A stretch of DNA of 64,000 nt from Candidatus Bathyarchaeota archaeon (GTDB lineage: Archaea > Thermoproteota > Bathyarchaeia > Bathyarchaeales > Bathycorpusculaceae), in assembly GCA_963828195.1 (NCBI GenBank), contig CAWHDT010000005.1, forward strand, positions 288,001 through 352,000. The letters are read 5' to 3'. Under the pieces are notes generated by a model that was not told where the DNA came from, made no database searches, and was given only the letters and a program-made list of their open reading frames with translations. A program made the translations under genes and the position numbers. How positions within the stretch are numbered: the first letter of the stretch is position 1; each line of letters starts with the position of its first letter. This document shows positions 50,573 through 59,823 of the stretch, piece after piece.

Positions 50573-50701
50573 ATTATTGGCAACGCAATTCCTGCAAGCG
50601 ATTGGACGATTGAACAGGTATTGAATGAATATCCCCAGTTAAAGCGTGAAGATGTCATTGCTGTTTTGAAATACGCAGCTGAAATTGTCAAAGGTAATTA
50701 G
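50573..50701 (+). pseudogene. DUF433 antitoxin C-terminal remnant
   Basis: WTIEQVLNEYPQLKREDVIAVLKYAAE; N-terminus deleted, no start codon. Confidence 0.75.
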
Positions 50702-51787
50702 TTAAGCTACGACTTCCGAAAGCCTGTTTTGCGTTGCCGCTTGTTTTATCTCCGTGGCTATGCGTCTGCCCATGTACATGTTTTCGCCGTATTTCAGGTA
50801 AGCGTAGGGTGAGGTGCCGATGCCCACGTTTGTCCCCGCAACTATGCGTGCGGAAATCTCGAAGGTGAAGATTTTCAAGTCATCAGTTATGACGGTTTCA
50901 AGGCAGAATGGTCCGATGATTCCGGGCGGCGCGAGTTCTTTGGCTTTCTTGTGCACACTGTCGCCCATACGCATCATTTCAGGAAGCAAAGATTCACGGA
51001 GCACAATGGGAAAGTTGCCGACCACAGTGTACGTTGGATTAACATCAATCTCCAGCTGTTCAGCTGCGGGAATTTTGCCGATTGAATCTACTGCTGATTC
51101 GTAGCGTCTATCCATCGCGAGCAACTCGACATCGTCGTTTAAAATTGAGCTGAAGTAGCTGGGGTAAACATTCACGCCTAACGCGTACTCCTGCAGGTGA
51201 ATACCCGCTAAATCCTCTTCTTTAAGCAATCCGCGTTTCACTAATTCATCGAATTTCTTGTGGAAGGCTTTGGGTGAATTTGCAAGGAAGTATCCTCTGC
51301 CGCCTTTGGCTCCGGGCAGTTTGGCGATGACTAAACGGTCAATATCCGCCGGGGTTTTGAAAGTGGCTGGCAGGCGCAGTCCTGCTTGGCGCAGCCATTC
51401 TTCTTGGGATTTGCGGTTGGCTTCCCAATGGAGCAGCTGGCGGTTTCCAAACATAGGCACCATAAGGCTGTCGGTTAATTCTTCAGTGCTCAGGTAAGCG
51501 GTGAACGACCCATGCGGAATCAAAATGACGTTTAGGCGTCGCAGTTTCTCCTGCATCTGTTCATTCAGAAGCTCCGTGAAGTCCTTGACCAGGATTAGTT
51601 CGTCAACAAGCGGGTACTTCTTGTACATTATCGCGTCTTTTTCTTTGCAAATGCACACTGTGCGGAATCCTTCTTCTCTCGCGCCTTTGAAAATGTTTAG
51701 GGAGCTATGAGAGCCCAAGGTGCCGATGGCTAGTTTTTTCTGGTCGTATTTCGCAACTATTTTGCCGATGTCCTTGGGAGTTATCAT
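50702..51787 (-). CDS. purP: Formate-dependent FAICAR synthetase PurP
   Basis: TLGSHSS, IPHGSF, GAKGGRGYF, DRRYES, FEISARIVAGTN. Confidence 0.93.
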   Translation of the reverse strand: MITPKDIGKIVAKYDQKKLAIGTLGSHSSLNIFKGAREEGFRTVCICKEKDAIMYKKYPLVDELILVKDFTELLNEQMQEKLRRLNVILIPHGSFTAYLSTEELTDSLMVPMFGNRQLLHWEANRKSQEEWLRQAGLRLPATFKTPADIDRLVIAKLPGAKGGRGYFLANSPKAFHKKFDELVKRGLLKEEDLAGIHLQEYALGVNVYPSYFSSILNDDVELLAMDRRYESAVDSIGKIPAAEQLEIDVNPTYTVVGNFPIVLRESLLPEMMRMGDSVHKKAKELAPPGIIGPFCLETVITDDLKIFTFEISARIVAGTNVGIGTSPYAYLKYGENMYMGRRIATEIKQAATQNRLSEVVA

Positions 51788-52881
51788 GTCACCACTTCCG
51801 CAAGCCTGCCTTCTTTAACTGCACGTTTAACTTCCATTGCGACGCGCCTGCCTGGACCAACTTCCACCCCGTACTTGTACTTCATGTACGGCGACGTGGG
51901 TTCAACGCATGGGCATCCTGGCACACGGGGGCTAACATCGAAAACGTAGAACTCCAAATCCTTCGTGACGGCTCCTTGCAAAGCGAATAACCCGATCATT
52001 CCAGGCGGATACTCTTTTTTGCATGTCTCTACGAATTTTTCGGCTGCGTCAAAGATTTTTTCGATTTGGCTCTCCCGCATGGTTGCGCCCATGTGCCCGA
52101 TTTCGATGTTCTGCGTGGGAATGTTTAGCTCAAGCTGCTCCATAGCGGGCAAATCCAACACGCCGTCAAGATCTGTTTGGATACGTCTGTCAAAGCCTAA
52201 AAGATCGATTTCGTCTGTTAAAGGGGACCAGAACAGGTTAGCGTTAAATTTCGCCCCGACTATATACTCTTCTATCAGGGCGTTTTCCAGCCCTTCGCAA
52301 GTAATTATCCCCTGCATTATACGTCTCTGAGACATTTTCACGTACTCCTCAGGAGAAGAAGCAAAGAAAAAAGCGCGTTCAATCGCACGTTCTTTTTCGG
52401 GAACTTTCACGATTGCTAAACGGTCAATTTCTTCTGGTGACTCGAAGGTTTTAGGCGTCGCTATTCCAGCCTTCTGAAGCAGGTACAACTGGTTTCGCGG
52501 CGTGTTTCGTTCCTCTGTCCGCAGCATTGATCGGTTACCCATAAGGGGCACGGCGAACTGGTTCTCTATTGCTTCGTAGCCAGCGTAAACTGAGAATGAT
52601 CGGTTGGGAACAAAAACCGTGTTTAAATCAGCCAGTTTCTTGACGTTGGCGTCACTGGTTATTTCAGAGAATTTATCCAGCATAATTACGTGGTCAAAGA
52701 GGTTTTTGTAGTATTTCATGTAGGTTTTTTCTCTGCCTGTCTGGCAAACAACAACGGTTTCTAACCCCTCTTGCTTTGCGCCAGACGCTATCTCAAGCGC
52801 CGAGTGGGAACCCAAAACGCCAATGCGAATTTCTTTCGAATTGTATTTTTTTATTACTTGCTTAATTTCGTCCCCTAACAT
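51784..52881 (-). CDS. PurP-like ATP-grasp protein (second subfamily)
   Basis: LGSHSAL, VPNRSF, ERAFF, DVSPRVPG. Confidence 0.88.
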   Translation of the reverse strand: MLGDEIKQVIKKYNSKEIRIGVLGSHSALEIASGAKQEGLETVVVCQTGREKTYMKYYKNLFDHVIMLDKFSEITSDANVKKLADLNTVFVPNRSFSVYAGYEAIENQFAVPLMGNRSMLRTEERNTPRNQLYLLQKAGIATPKTFESPEEIDRLAIVKVPEKERAIERAFFFASSPEEYVKMSQRRIMQGIITCEGLENALIEEYIVGAKFNANLFWSPLTDEIDLLGFDRRIQTDLDGVLDLPAMEQLELNIPTQNIEIGHMGATMRESQIEKIFDAAEKFVETCKKEYPPGMIGLFALQGAVTKDLEFYVFDVSPRVPGCPCVEPTSPYMKYKYGVEVGPGRRVAMEVKRAVKEGRLAEVVT

Positions 52882-52883
52882 GC

Positions 52884-53936
52884 TTATTCCTTCATGTATT
52901 TTCTGTATTTCGCAATTACCTCTGACAGCTCAGGGGCACCAAACATTTTGCGGTTTGTCATCGCGTTTGCCGCCGCCATGTACATCTCGCTGATGATTGT
53001 TTTAAGCTCGGGGTCAAGTTTCGGCGGCTGCGACTTGCACAGCGCTTTCCAATATTGGATGCCTTTAGCTTCAGCCTCTTTTTTCGCCGCCTCCAGATCC
53101 GTGTACCAGCGGGTTTTCTTGTAGAATTGACGCGCCACCTCTTTGCTGACATGCACGCCGCCGTAGGTGAACCTGCATTCGTCAAGGGTTCCGACTACGT
53201 CAACTATCATGAGTTGTCTTTTCTCGTCGAAGGCTAACTCGATTTTTCCATCCTCATTCTTGAGCCCAGCTTTCGCAGCAACTTCAGTTATGGTTTCGTC
53301 GGCTTTAAGCAAAATGGCTTTGACATCGGCTAGTTCTTGGTCGGTTAAACCCGCGATTTTCTGCGCTTCAGCCCACGTCACGTAACGGTCAGTTTCTTCA
53401 AGCTTCGTACTCACGTCAAAGATTGGCTTCGCCAAGTTTTCTCCTGGCTTTGGATAGTGTTCTAAGCCGAGGTCTTTTAGCGTTATTTTTCCCTGTTCAA
53501 GCCGTTTGAAAACTGAGGAGCCTTCGGGCAAGCCGTTTCGATAGATTATTTCAAGCGGGATTAGGCAGTTCTTCAATTTGGATGTGTAGATGCTGTAGTC
53601 ATGCAGGATTTTGCCGTTAACTACGCTTGTTTTTGGCTTGTAAACGTTAACTAAACTGACTTCCATGATGCTTGAGGGCTGCTTTAACCCGCTAAACTTG
53701 ACCGCTTTGCCGTCCGAGTCCACTAAGCCTCTATAGTGAGTCCTTACTCCTTTGCGCTCCAATTGTTCAAAACAGTACGCGCCCATAAGGCACAGAGCAG
53801 CGCCTTTGCCGTCGATTAAATCGGGCATTTCTCCCCAGTCAAAAACGCTGTAGCGGTCTGAAAAATGGAATCTGCCGACGCCCATTTGAGTCTGGGTGGG
53901 TTTCTTTGTTACTTCAAGGTCTTTGACGCTGCCCAT
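52884..53936 (-). CDS. purC: SAICAR synthase
   Basis: MGSVKD, FSDRYSVFDWG, STKLE, DGKIE, GTLDECRF. Confidence 0.93.
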   Translation of the reverse strand: MGSVKDLEVTKKPTQTQMGVGRFHFSDRYSVFDWGEMPDLIDGKGAALCLMGAYCFEQLERKGVRTHYRGLVDSDGKAVKFSGLKQPSSIMEVSLVNVYKPKTSVVNGKILHDYSIYTSKLKNCLIPLEIIYRNGLPEGSSVFKRLEQGKITLKDLGLEHYPKPGENLAKPIFDVSTKLEETDRYVTWAEAQKIAGLTDQELADVKAILLKADETITEVAAKAGLKNEDGKIELAFDEKRQLMIVDVVGTLDECRFTYGGVHVSKEVARQFYKKTRWYTDLEAAKKEAEAKGIQYWKALCKSQPPKLDPELKTIISEMYMAAANAMTNRKMFGAPELSEVIAKYRKYMKE

Positions 53937-54228
53937 TCTGCAATCCCTATTTCGTCTCTTTTCTATCAGATTTACCTATTTTAGCTTATATCAATATCTA
54001 GAACCGCAATCACATTTTAAAGAATATAAGCAAATGCGCCCAAGCCATCAGACATAGAAGCATCAATGCAAGAAGGATAGTTATCTTCATTCTTCTTCGA
54101 ATTTGCCATTTTGTTGTTAAAGCGATAAAAAGTTTTTCATTAAGGTTTCTTGACTAAGATTGGTTAAAGTTTCCTTACTAAACCTTCACTTTTTTAAGCT
54201 CGAAATTTGGTTCTTAGGGATTTAATTC

Positions 54229-54940
54229 TTAATTTGGCTTATCTCTCTGCTTTTTTATTCTTAGTATGATTGCTATAGAGAGTATTGAAAAGACTAAAAG
54301 CAAAATTACTAGCAATTCCAATTCTGGAACTGTAAGAATGGGTGAAGGAGAAGCTTGGTTAACTAAAAGGTTACGATTGCCTTCTACATTAATATATATT
54401 GGTTGGTTATTGGAACTTTGATCCCAATTTGCATTTGTCGCAAACAGTTGACCACCTTCGGGGTCATTGTCAGTTACGTCATAGGAAAGAACCCCATTAA
54501 ATTCAAGTTTCAAATTAGCAACTTCAGGTTTAAAGCTCATAGAGAGTGTTCCACTGCTATTTTTGGGGTGTTAAGGTAATTTCATAGTTGACTAAATTTT
54601 GTATAACTGAATTAACCGCAGACTCATTAAGCAAAATCGGGTACTCCAAAATATTGAACACAATAGAAAAACCATCGCTATTATAATATTGATTCAGGTA
54701 AGTTATTGATATCAACCAATCAGCTGTGTAAGTATTATTCTGAATCCAAACACCATTAGGGTCCGTCTGAATCGTCGTAGTAACGTCAAATGTACAAATA
54801 ATATTACTACTATCTGCCTCATAGATGTTGGTTTTTCCAAAATCTTCAGTTAAAGTCTGGCCATGAGCGGTCATAGCAATCTCTGAAAAAAGTAACAAGC
54901 ACATGATTGATAGAACAATTATCAATTTTGAAGAGATCAT
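54229..54940 (-). pseudogene. Secreted protein with PEF-CTERM-like tail, frameshifted at a homopolymer
   Basis: Signal-peptide ORF 54557-54940 and ORF 54229-54540 (TVPEL, TM, basic tail) join as LTPQNSSGTLSMSF if one base is removed from T5 at 54560-54564. Confidence 0.7.
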
Positions 54941-55024
54941 GTTTATGCTATTTTATTCCAACTTGGATTTATTACTTTGTGATTTTTTTGTTTGCTTAAC
55001 GCTACAGACTTTGTTCTTAGCAGC

Positions 55025-55140
55025 TTACTTCTTTGTTCGGCTTATTCTCCGCTTTTTTAGTCTCAGTATAAATGCAATGGATAGCATTGAAAGGAACAGG
55101 GGTAAAATGGCTATCAATGGAAACTCTGGAAAAGGCAATA
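55025..55140 (-). pseudogene. Orphan PEF-CTERM tail
   Basis: FPEFPLIAILPLFLSMLSIAFILRLKKRRISRTKK*; no body upstream. Confidence 0.65.
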
Positions 55141-55972
55141 ATACCCTAAAAGCATGGGAAAGTGTGCAAAATAACTGTGCAATAAGCACGGTAAAGTGTG
55201 CAATAACCGATTAACTGCTATTTCATGATAATATTCAGCATGGACTTATGGTAATATTTGCACACTTGTAATATTACCATGAAAAAAACGAGTTAATAGT
55301 GATTTTTAGTGCTTTTCAGGTTTAAGGTTGTTAAATCACTGTATACAATGTATGCAGGGTTTTTTGGGGTTGTTTTAGTTAATTTTTGGGCTTTTTCTCC
55401 ATTGAAAAAGACGGTTAAAAGGCGGTGAATTAAAGGTGTAATTTTAAAACTCGGTGTGAATTATAAACTTGGTTTACAAACTAAAATTACTTAAGCGTAA
55501 CCTTTGGTAACTAGTTAATGGGAAAACATGCCCGTTTTTAACTAAAATTCACCGTTTTGTCTTTTATCGGTGAAAACATTATCTATTATCAATAGTTTGG
55601 TAATTATCGCATATTTTTATAGGGAAACTTGTAATTTTTACAAATAACCTTCTCTCCCAGAGAAAAAAGCCCGCGAGCGAACCCAAAAAAGAAATCACAA
55701 AAATCACACCTTGCTCTGCCTTCTAAAGTGGCTATAGCGCTTTGAGTTTTGAAACAATTACCGCTAGCCGTTTCTTAATGTTTTCAATGTAGGTGTTTAA
55801 GTGTAGAACAATATAGGTGGTTAGGTGTAAGAGTAGAAAGGCTTAAAAGCAGATAACAACAATATAGCACTCGTATTTGAGGATAGGGTTCCCGTCTACC
55901 ACTCAAGGCGGGAGGCATTGGAAGAGAGAGGTTCCTTCTATGCCTTTATCGTAACAAAGGAAGTCGGTCAAT

Positions 55973-56116
55973 GTGGGAAAAATCAACCTTGTAGTTTCTG
56001 ACGAATTAGAAAAACAATTCCGAGAAGCAGTTTTTAAAAAATATGGAATGAAACGCGGCAACATAACGAAAGCCACTGACGAAGCTCTGCAAGATTGGAT
56101 AAAAAAGACCGCTTGA
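55973..56116 (+). CDS. 47-aa ribbon-helix-helix protein (not in ORF track)
   Basis: MGKINLVVSDELEKQFREAVFKKYGMKRGNITKATDEALQDWIKKTA; paralog of 22976-23119. Confidence 0.8.
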   Translation: MGKINLVVSDELEKQFREAVFKKYGMKRGNITKATDEALQDWIKKTA

Positions 56117-56214
56117 TTTTTCCCTACTTTTCCCCTTATTTTTGTGTGGAAAACATATTTAAGCAGTAACTTTAGCGTTTGCCGTAACTCTGACTCCTAA
56201 AAGGAGAAAACAAA

Positions 56215-56343
56215 ATGCCTATATTTAGTTTTGTTTTTGAGCGCTCGGGGAACTTGCACGGCAAGAATGAACCTGAAACGGTTCGACCCCGACAACCCAT
56301 TAAACCAAAAACAGTACAGCCCAGAAAAGATAGCACAGCTTAA
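56215..56343 (+). CDS. Small hypothetical protein (42 aa)
   Basis: AAGGAG SD-like sequence before the ATG; overlaps the alternative ORF 56231-56434. Confidence 0.35.
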   Translation: MPIFSFVFERSGNLHGKNEPETVRPRQPIKPKTVQPRKDSTA

Positions 56344-56455
56344 GCGGATGAAGGAAAAACAGGAAGGCGGTCAAAGATGGAAAAACCGACCGTGCTATGA
56401 GCATTGGTCTATCGACCATCGCCAAACCGATTAGCCAAAAGATTGTTTTGTGCGC

Positions 56456-57226
56456 TCACACAATACTTTTTCGCCTTTTTCCCAAAACATCCTCAGATTC
56501 TTCTTTGGTTAACAGTTGAAAGTTGCTTTTGCCTTCTTTCAAAACTTTATTGAATACATTTTCGAGCTGTTGAATTTTGTCTTTCCCGAATGCTTTCTCA
56601 AGTGATTTTTTCATGTCAGTTAGAGCGGGTTCCGCTGTTTTGTCTTTGGCTAACGATTTAGAGGGATTTTGATATTCAAAGAGGACTTTAAAGTATTCGT
56701 CATCGCTGAGCGTTCTTGTTTTCGTCATTTCACTAATTATGCTGTGTGCGATTGGTCGTCTTACGAATGCTTGAGCGCCTCCTTGCTGTGTGACGTAAAA
56801 CGCGGGGATCTCCATAAGAGCGTTATGTCCGTCTTTTGCCGCGATAAATGCAGAGTACAAGGAGAGAGCACCTAACCATAGGCTAAGTTCCTTGAAAAGC
56901 TCTTCTTTTGGTCGTTCGCTTCCAAATTTTGTTAGGTTCTCATTGATAAGATTAAGCAGTTCAAGCTTGAGAATTGTTTCTTCCCACATCTCTTTAGGCA
57001 TGTTTTTTGGATTAAGACGATACCGTAAGTCTTTGTAGGCTTTTCTATCCGTCTCTAAGATTCCGTCTTTAGTCATTTTCTTAAGCAAACGAAAAATTGT
57101 CGATTCTGATATGCCTTCTTTTTTTGCTTTTTTTAGTACTTCCGATGCTTTGAGCCATTGCTGAGAAATAAAAATCGCGATGAGCTTTTTCTCTTTTTCT
57201 TTCGCCGAAGAATCAACGCGAGACGT
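56456..57226 (-). CDS. Winged-HTH repressor-like protein (probable ACG start)
   Basis: HTH KASEVLKKAKKEGISESTIFRLLKKMTKDGIL lies mostly upstream of the ORF-track start; AAGGAGG 7 nt before in-frame ACG at 57226. Confidence 0.78.
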   Translation of the reverse strand, partial: TSRVDSSAKEKEKKLIAIFISQQWLKASEVLKKAKKEGISESTIFRLLKKMTKDGILETDRKAYKDLRYRLNPKNMPKEMWEETILKLELLNLINENLTKFGSERPKEELFKELSLWLGALSLYSAFIAAKDGHNALMEIPAFYVTQQGGAQAFVRRPIAHSIISEMTKTRTLSDDEYFKVLFEYQNPSKSLAKDKTAEPALTDMKKSLEKAFGKDKIQQLENVFNKVLKEGKSNFQLLTKEESEDVLGKRRKSIV

Positions 57227-57337
57227 CCTATTTCCTCCTTATTTGATAGCAATACTTGACAGAAATCGTTTATAAGCTTTACTGCTTATTGGTGTAATAA
57301 TTACTATCAGTTAGGAGTAATTCCGAGAAAGGTAGTA

Positions 57338-57544
57338 TTGGAGAGAGAAAAGAAAATGGACAAAAAACCGAGTTTCCAAATGGATGCACCAACCCTAAAA
57401 CTTGTTGATGAAACAGCCGAGAAAATAGGCATCTCCCGTTCTGACTTTTTCAGAATGGCAGTCAAAGAAAAACTCTTTCGTCTTGGCGTTCTTCAACAAG
57501 AACAAAGCCTAAGCGTCAATAGCCACATGAGCGGAGGTGCTTAA
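57338..57544 (+). CDS. CopG/RHH family DNA-binding protein
   Basis: SFQMDAPTLKLVDETAEKIGISRSDFFRMAVKEKL. Confidence 0.85.
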   Translation: MEREKKMDKKPSFQMDAPTLKLVDETAEKIGISRSDFFRMAVKEKLFRLGVLQQEQSLSVNSHMSGGA

Positions 57545-57919
57545 ATGTCGCAGAAAGAAACAAAAAAAACTGAGCCGCTATCAATCCAACTCCAAGCCAT
57601 AAATATTATGATAAAAGCCTCTGAACATAACGGCATCTTTGATTCAGGTTTTAGTCTCCCTGACTTAGCTCAAAACGCAGAATACCGAGGCATGAAAGGA
57701 GAACAACTTTGGACAGCAGAAATGCTTGAAAAAGTAATAACCCGATTCCGACAACACATCGCCACACATCAGACCGAACCAAAAGACATAGACGCGCTCC
57801 TGACATTGCTATCCACAAAAATTAACGTCAACATCGACCGTATCCGCAGATGCTTTTACGGAATCCCAGAGCCAGCTTCCGAAACTGTCAACCTCTTTCC
57901 AACAGAAGAAACCGAATAA
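57545..57919 (+). CDS. Hypothetical protein
   Basis: GGAGGT SD-like sequence; abuts the RHH gene. Confidence 0.75.
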   Translation: MSQKETKKTEPLSIQLQAINIMIKASEHNGIFDSGFSLPDLAQNAEYRGMKGEQLWTAEMLEKVITRFRQHIATHQTEPKDIDALLTLLSTKINVNIDRIRRCFYGIPEPASETVNLFPTEETE

Positions 57920-57945
57920 ACCAATTCTAAGGAGAAAAAGCCAAA

Positions 57946-58020
57946 ATGTCCGAAAAAACACAAAAAATCTTAGAAATCGCCGCTTTTCTCATAGTGGCGG
58001 TTTTAAGCCTAATCCTATAG
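57946..58020 (+). CDS. 24-aa hydrophobic peptide (not in ORF track)
   Basis: AAGGAG SD-like sequence; MSEKTQKILEIAAFLIVAVLSLIL. Confidence 0.5.
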   Translation: MSEKTQKILEIAAFLIVAVLSLIL

Positions 58021-58034
58021 AAAAAATCAACGCT

Positions 58035-58265
58035 GTGAATATGATGTCTATAACCTCGCCGTCAAAACTAAGTAAATCTGTTACTGACAACGTTCTAAAG
58101 CAGATGGAAGAAAAAGCAATAGCTTACATCGGAGCTAATAAAAAGGTCGTAATCATCGCGGTCGCTGTAATCTTAGCCTTAATCGTTCTCTATCTGTTGA
58201 CACGTCAACCAAAGCCTAACGCTGAATTTTTATCTTCATTGGGGAAAATAAACGAGCATTCTTAG
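58035..58265 (+). CDS. Small single-TM protein
   Basis: KKVVIIAVAVILALIVLYLLTR. Confidence 0.7.
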   Translation: MNMMSITSPSKLSKSVTDNVLKQMEEKAIAYIGANKKVVIIAVAVILALIVLYLLTRQPKPNAEFLSSLGKINEHS

Positions 58266-58269
58266 GAAG

Positions 58270-59820
58270 GTGTCATTTACGAGTAACCGTCAACTTGCAA
58301 GCCCAAAGACAAGGCATGGCGAAATAAAAACACCTGAAAAAGTTAGCGCTTTATTTAGCCGCTTGAAAAAAGACAAGCCAGAGCCAGCCAACCCCGAAAC
58401 AAACCCGTGGAAGCTGAAACCCTTTAAAGGCATAATTCGCGGGGAATTTCACCAGAGCAGTTTACAACACGACCAAGAAGTAGAAATCCGTAACGGTATG
58501 CAGTACGCGGACTACCTGAACATATCAAAAAGGCAATTCCTCTATTTGATTTACGCCGATTTTCCCAATGGTGCGCCAACAAGCTCACGAACTCTTGCCG
58601 ATGCAAAAGTTGCTGAATACAACAAAACGCTATGCCATCAATATCTCGCTAAGCACTATCAGAACCCCGTAACAGGTGAATGGACAGACGCGGGTAAGAT
58701 GGTTGATGCAAGAGGTCGATACTTATACATGAAATTTGGACAACGTGACCCCGCACTTTTCAGCTTGGAAGATTTTCAAGAAGCAAAGAAAGACGCATCC
58801 TTTTATGACGAGCAAGGGAAACTTAAGTTTTCGCCGCTGTCTCAGCTTCGATGCATTATGCAGTTTACGGCTTTACAGGTTGAGGACTCACCACTATCTC
58901 GAAGGCGTTTTCAATTCGTGGAAGGCGACGAGTGGGATACAACAGGAAAAAAGAAAATAGGCGGTAAAAAAGACGACTATCTCCAAGAGCAAGAGCTAAA
59001 AATTTACGTGGAAAACATCAATGAACCCGACACGCTCGTTCTGCACCGATTAGGCTTAGAAGGCGGGGGGAGAATAAGCAGTGAATTACTTATGGGGCAA
59101 AAACTACTAAATGGCTATCTTTGTCAGGCTTTTTGGGATTTGAATTGCTTAAGCATGTTCGAGCCAAAAGTTGAAGGCAGTAAGACGGGCGGGAAAGTAA
59201 AGAGGTACTTTGCACCTGAAACGATGGCATTTTTCCAGCGGTACGTTACTGACTTCAATATAAAAGGTGCATGGTTTACGCGCTACCCATCAGAGGAACA
59301 CAACTATACAAGCTATGAGAGCAGTCTAAAATCGGCGGGTTATCGAGCAGGGCTTTGGCGTTTTAAGAAGGCTCAGAAGGGGCAAGAACTCGCAGACGGG
59401 GAAAAATTAGCCGCTAATGGACAAGTCTATAGATTAAAAGCAGTTAACAACAACCAAAAAGGCACACAGGACTTTGAAAAACAATGGTTAACCGAGGGCA
59501 AAATGACAACAAGCCACACGGTAATGAAACATACATTCGTGAGTCTCGCAGGACTTCATGGCTTGAGCTTAGACGATTGCGCAGAACAATGCGGAACAGA
59601 CCCAACAACCATACGAGACTTCTATCATGGCACCTTAGGCGACAAACTCCGCTCAGTAATCTTAGGCGAAAAAACATATGAACCGTGGAAAGATTGGATA
59701 ACCCGCTTTGTTGAACCATTATACACCAAGCGCTATAGCGAACTGATAAGCCAAAGTAAGATTGTTGTTGACTTAAAAGCAATCGCCCAAGAAGAGGCAG
59801 AAATGGCAGAGGTTGCGTAA
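58270..59820 (+). CDS. Divergent tyrosine recombinase/integrase-like protein
   Basis: DYLQEQEL, GLEGGGRISS (box I Arg), PKV (Lys), TSHTVMKHTFVS (box II variant), QCGTDPTTIRDFY (terminal Tyr). Confidence 0.72.
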   Translation: MSFTSNRQLASPKTRHGEIKTPEKVSALFSRLKKDKPEPANPETNPWKLKPFKGIIRGEFHQSSLQHDQEVEIRNGMQYADYLNISKRQFLYLIYADFPNGAPTSSRTLADAKVAEYNKTLCHQYLAKHYQNPVTGEWTDAGKMVDARGRYLYMKFGQRDPALFSLEDFQEAKKDASFYDEQGKLKFSPLSQLRCIMQFTALQVEDSPLSRRRFQFVEGDEWDTTGKKKIGGKKDDYLQEQELKIYVENINEPDTLVLHRLGLEGGGRISSELLMGQKLLNGYLCQAFWDLNCLSMFEPKVEGSKTGGKVKRYFAPETMAFFQRYVTDFNIKGAWFTRYPSEEHNYTSYESSLKSAGYRAGLWRFKKAQKGQELADGEKLAANGQVYRLKAVNNNQKGTQDFEKQWLTEGKMTTSHTVMKHTFVSLAGLHGLSLDDCAEQCGTDPTTIRDFYHGTLGDKLRSVILGEKTYEPWKDWITRFVEPLYTKRYSELISQSKIVVDLKAIAQEEAEMAEVA

Positions 59821-59823
59821 AAA

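Noticed and set aside
50702-52881. Tandem purP paralogs as a novelty
   Set aside because: Multiple PurP subfamilies are well known in archaea
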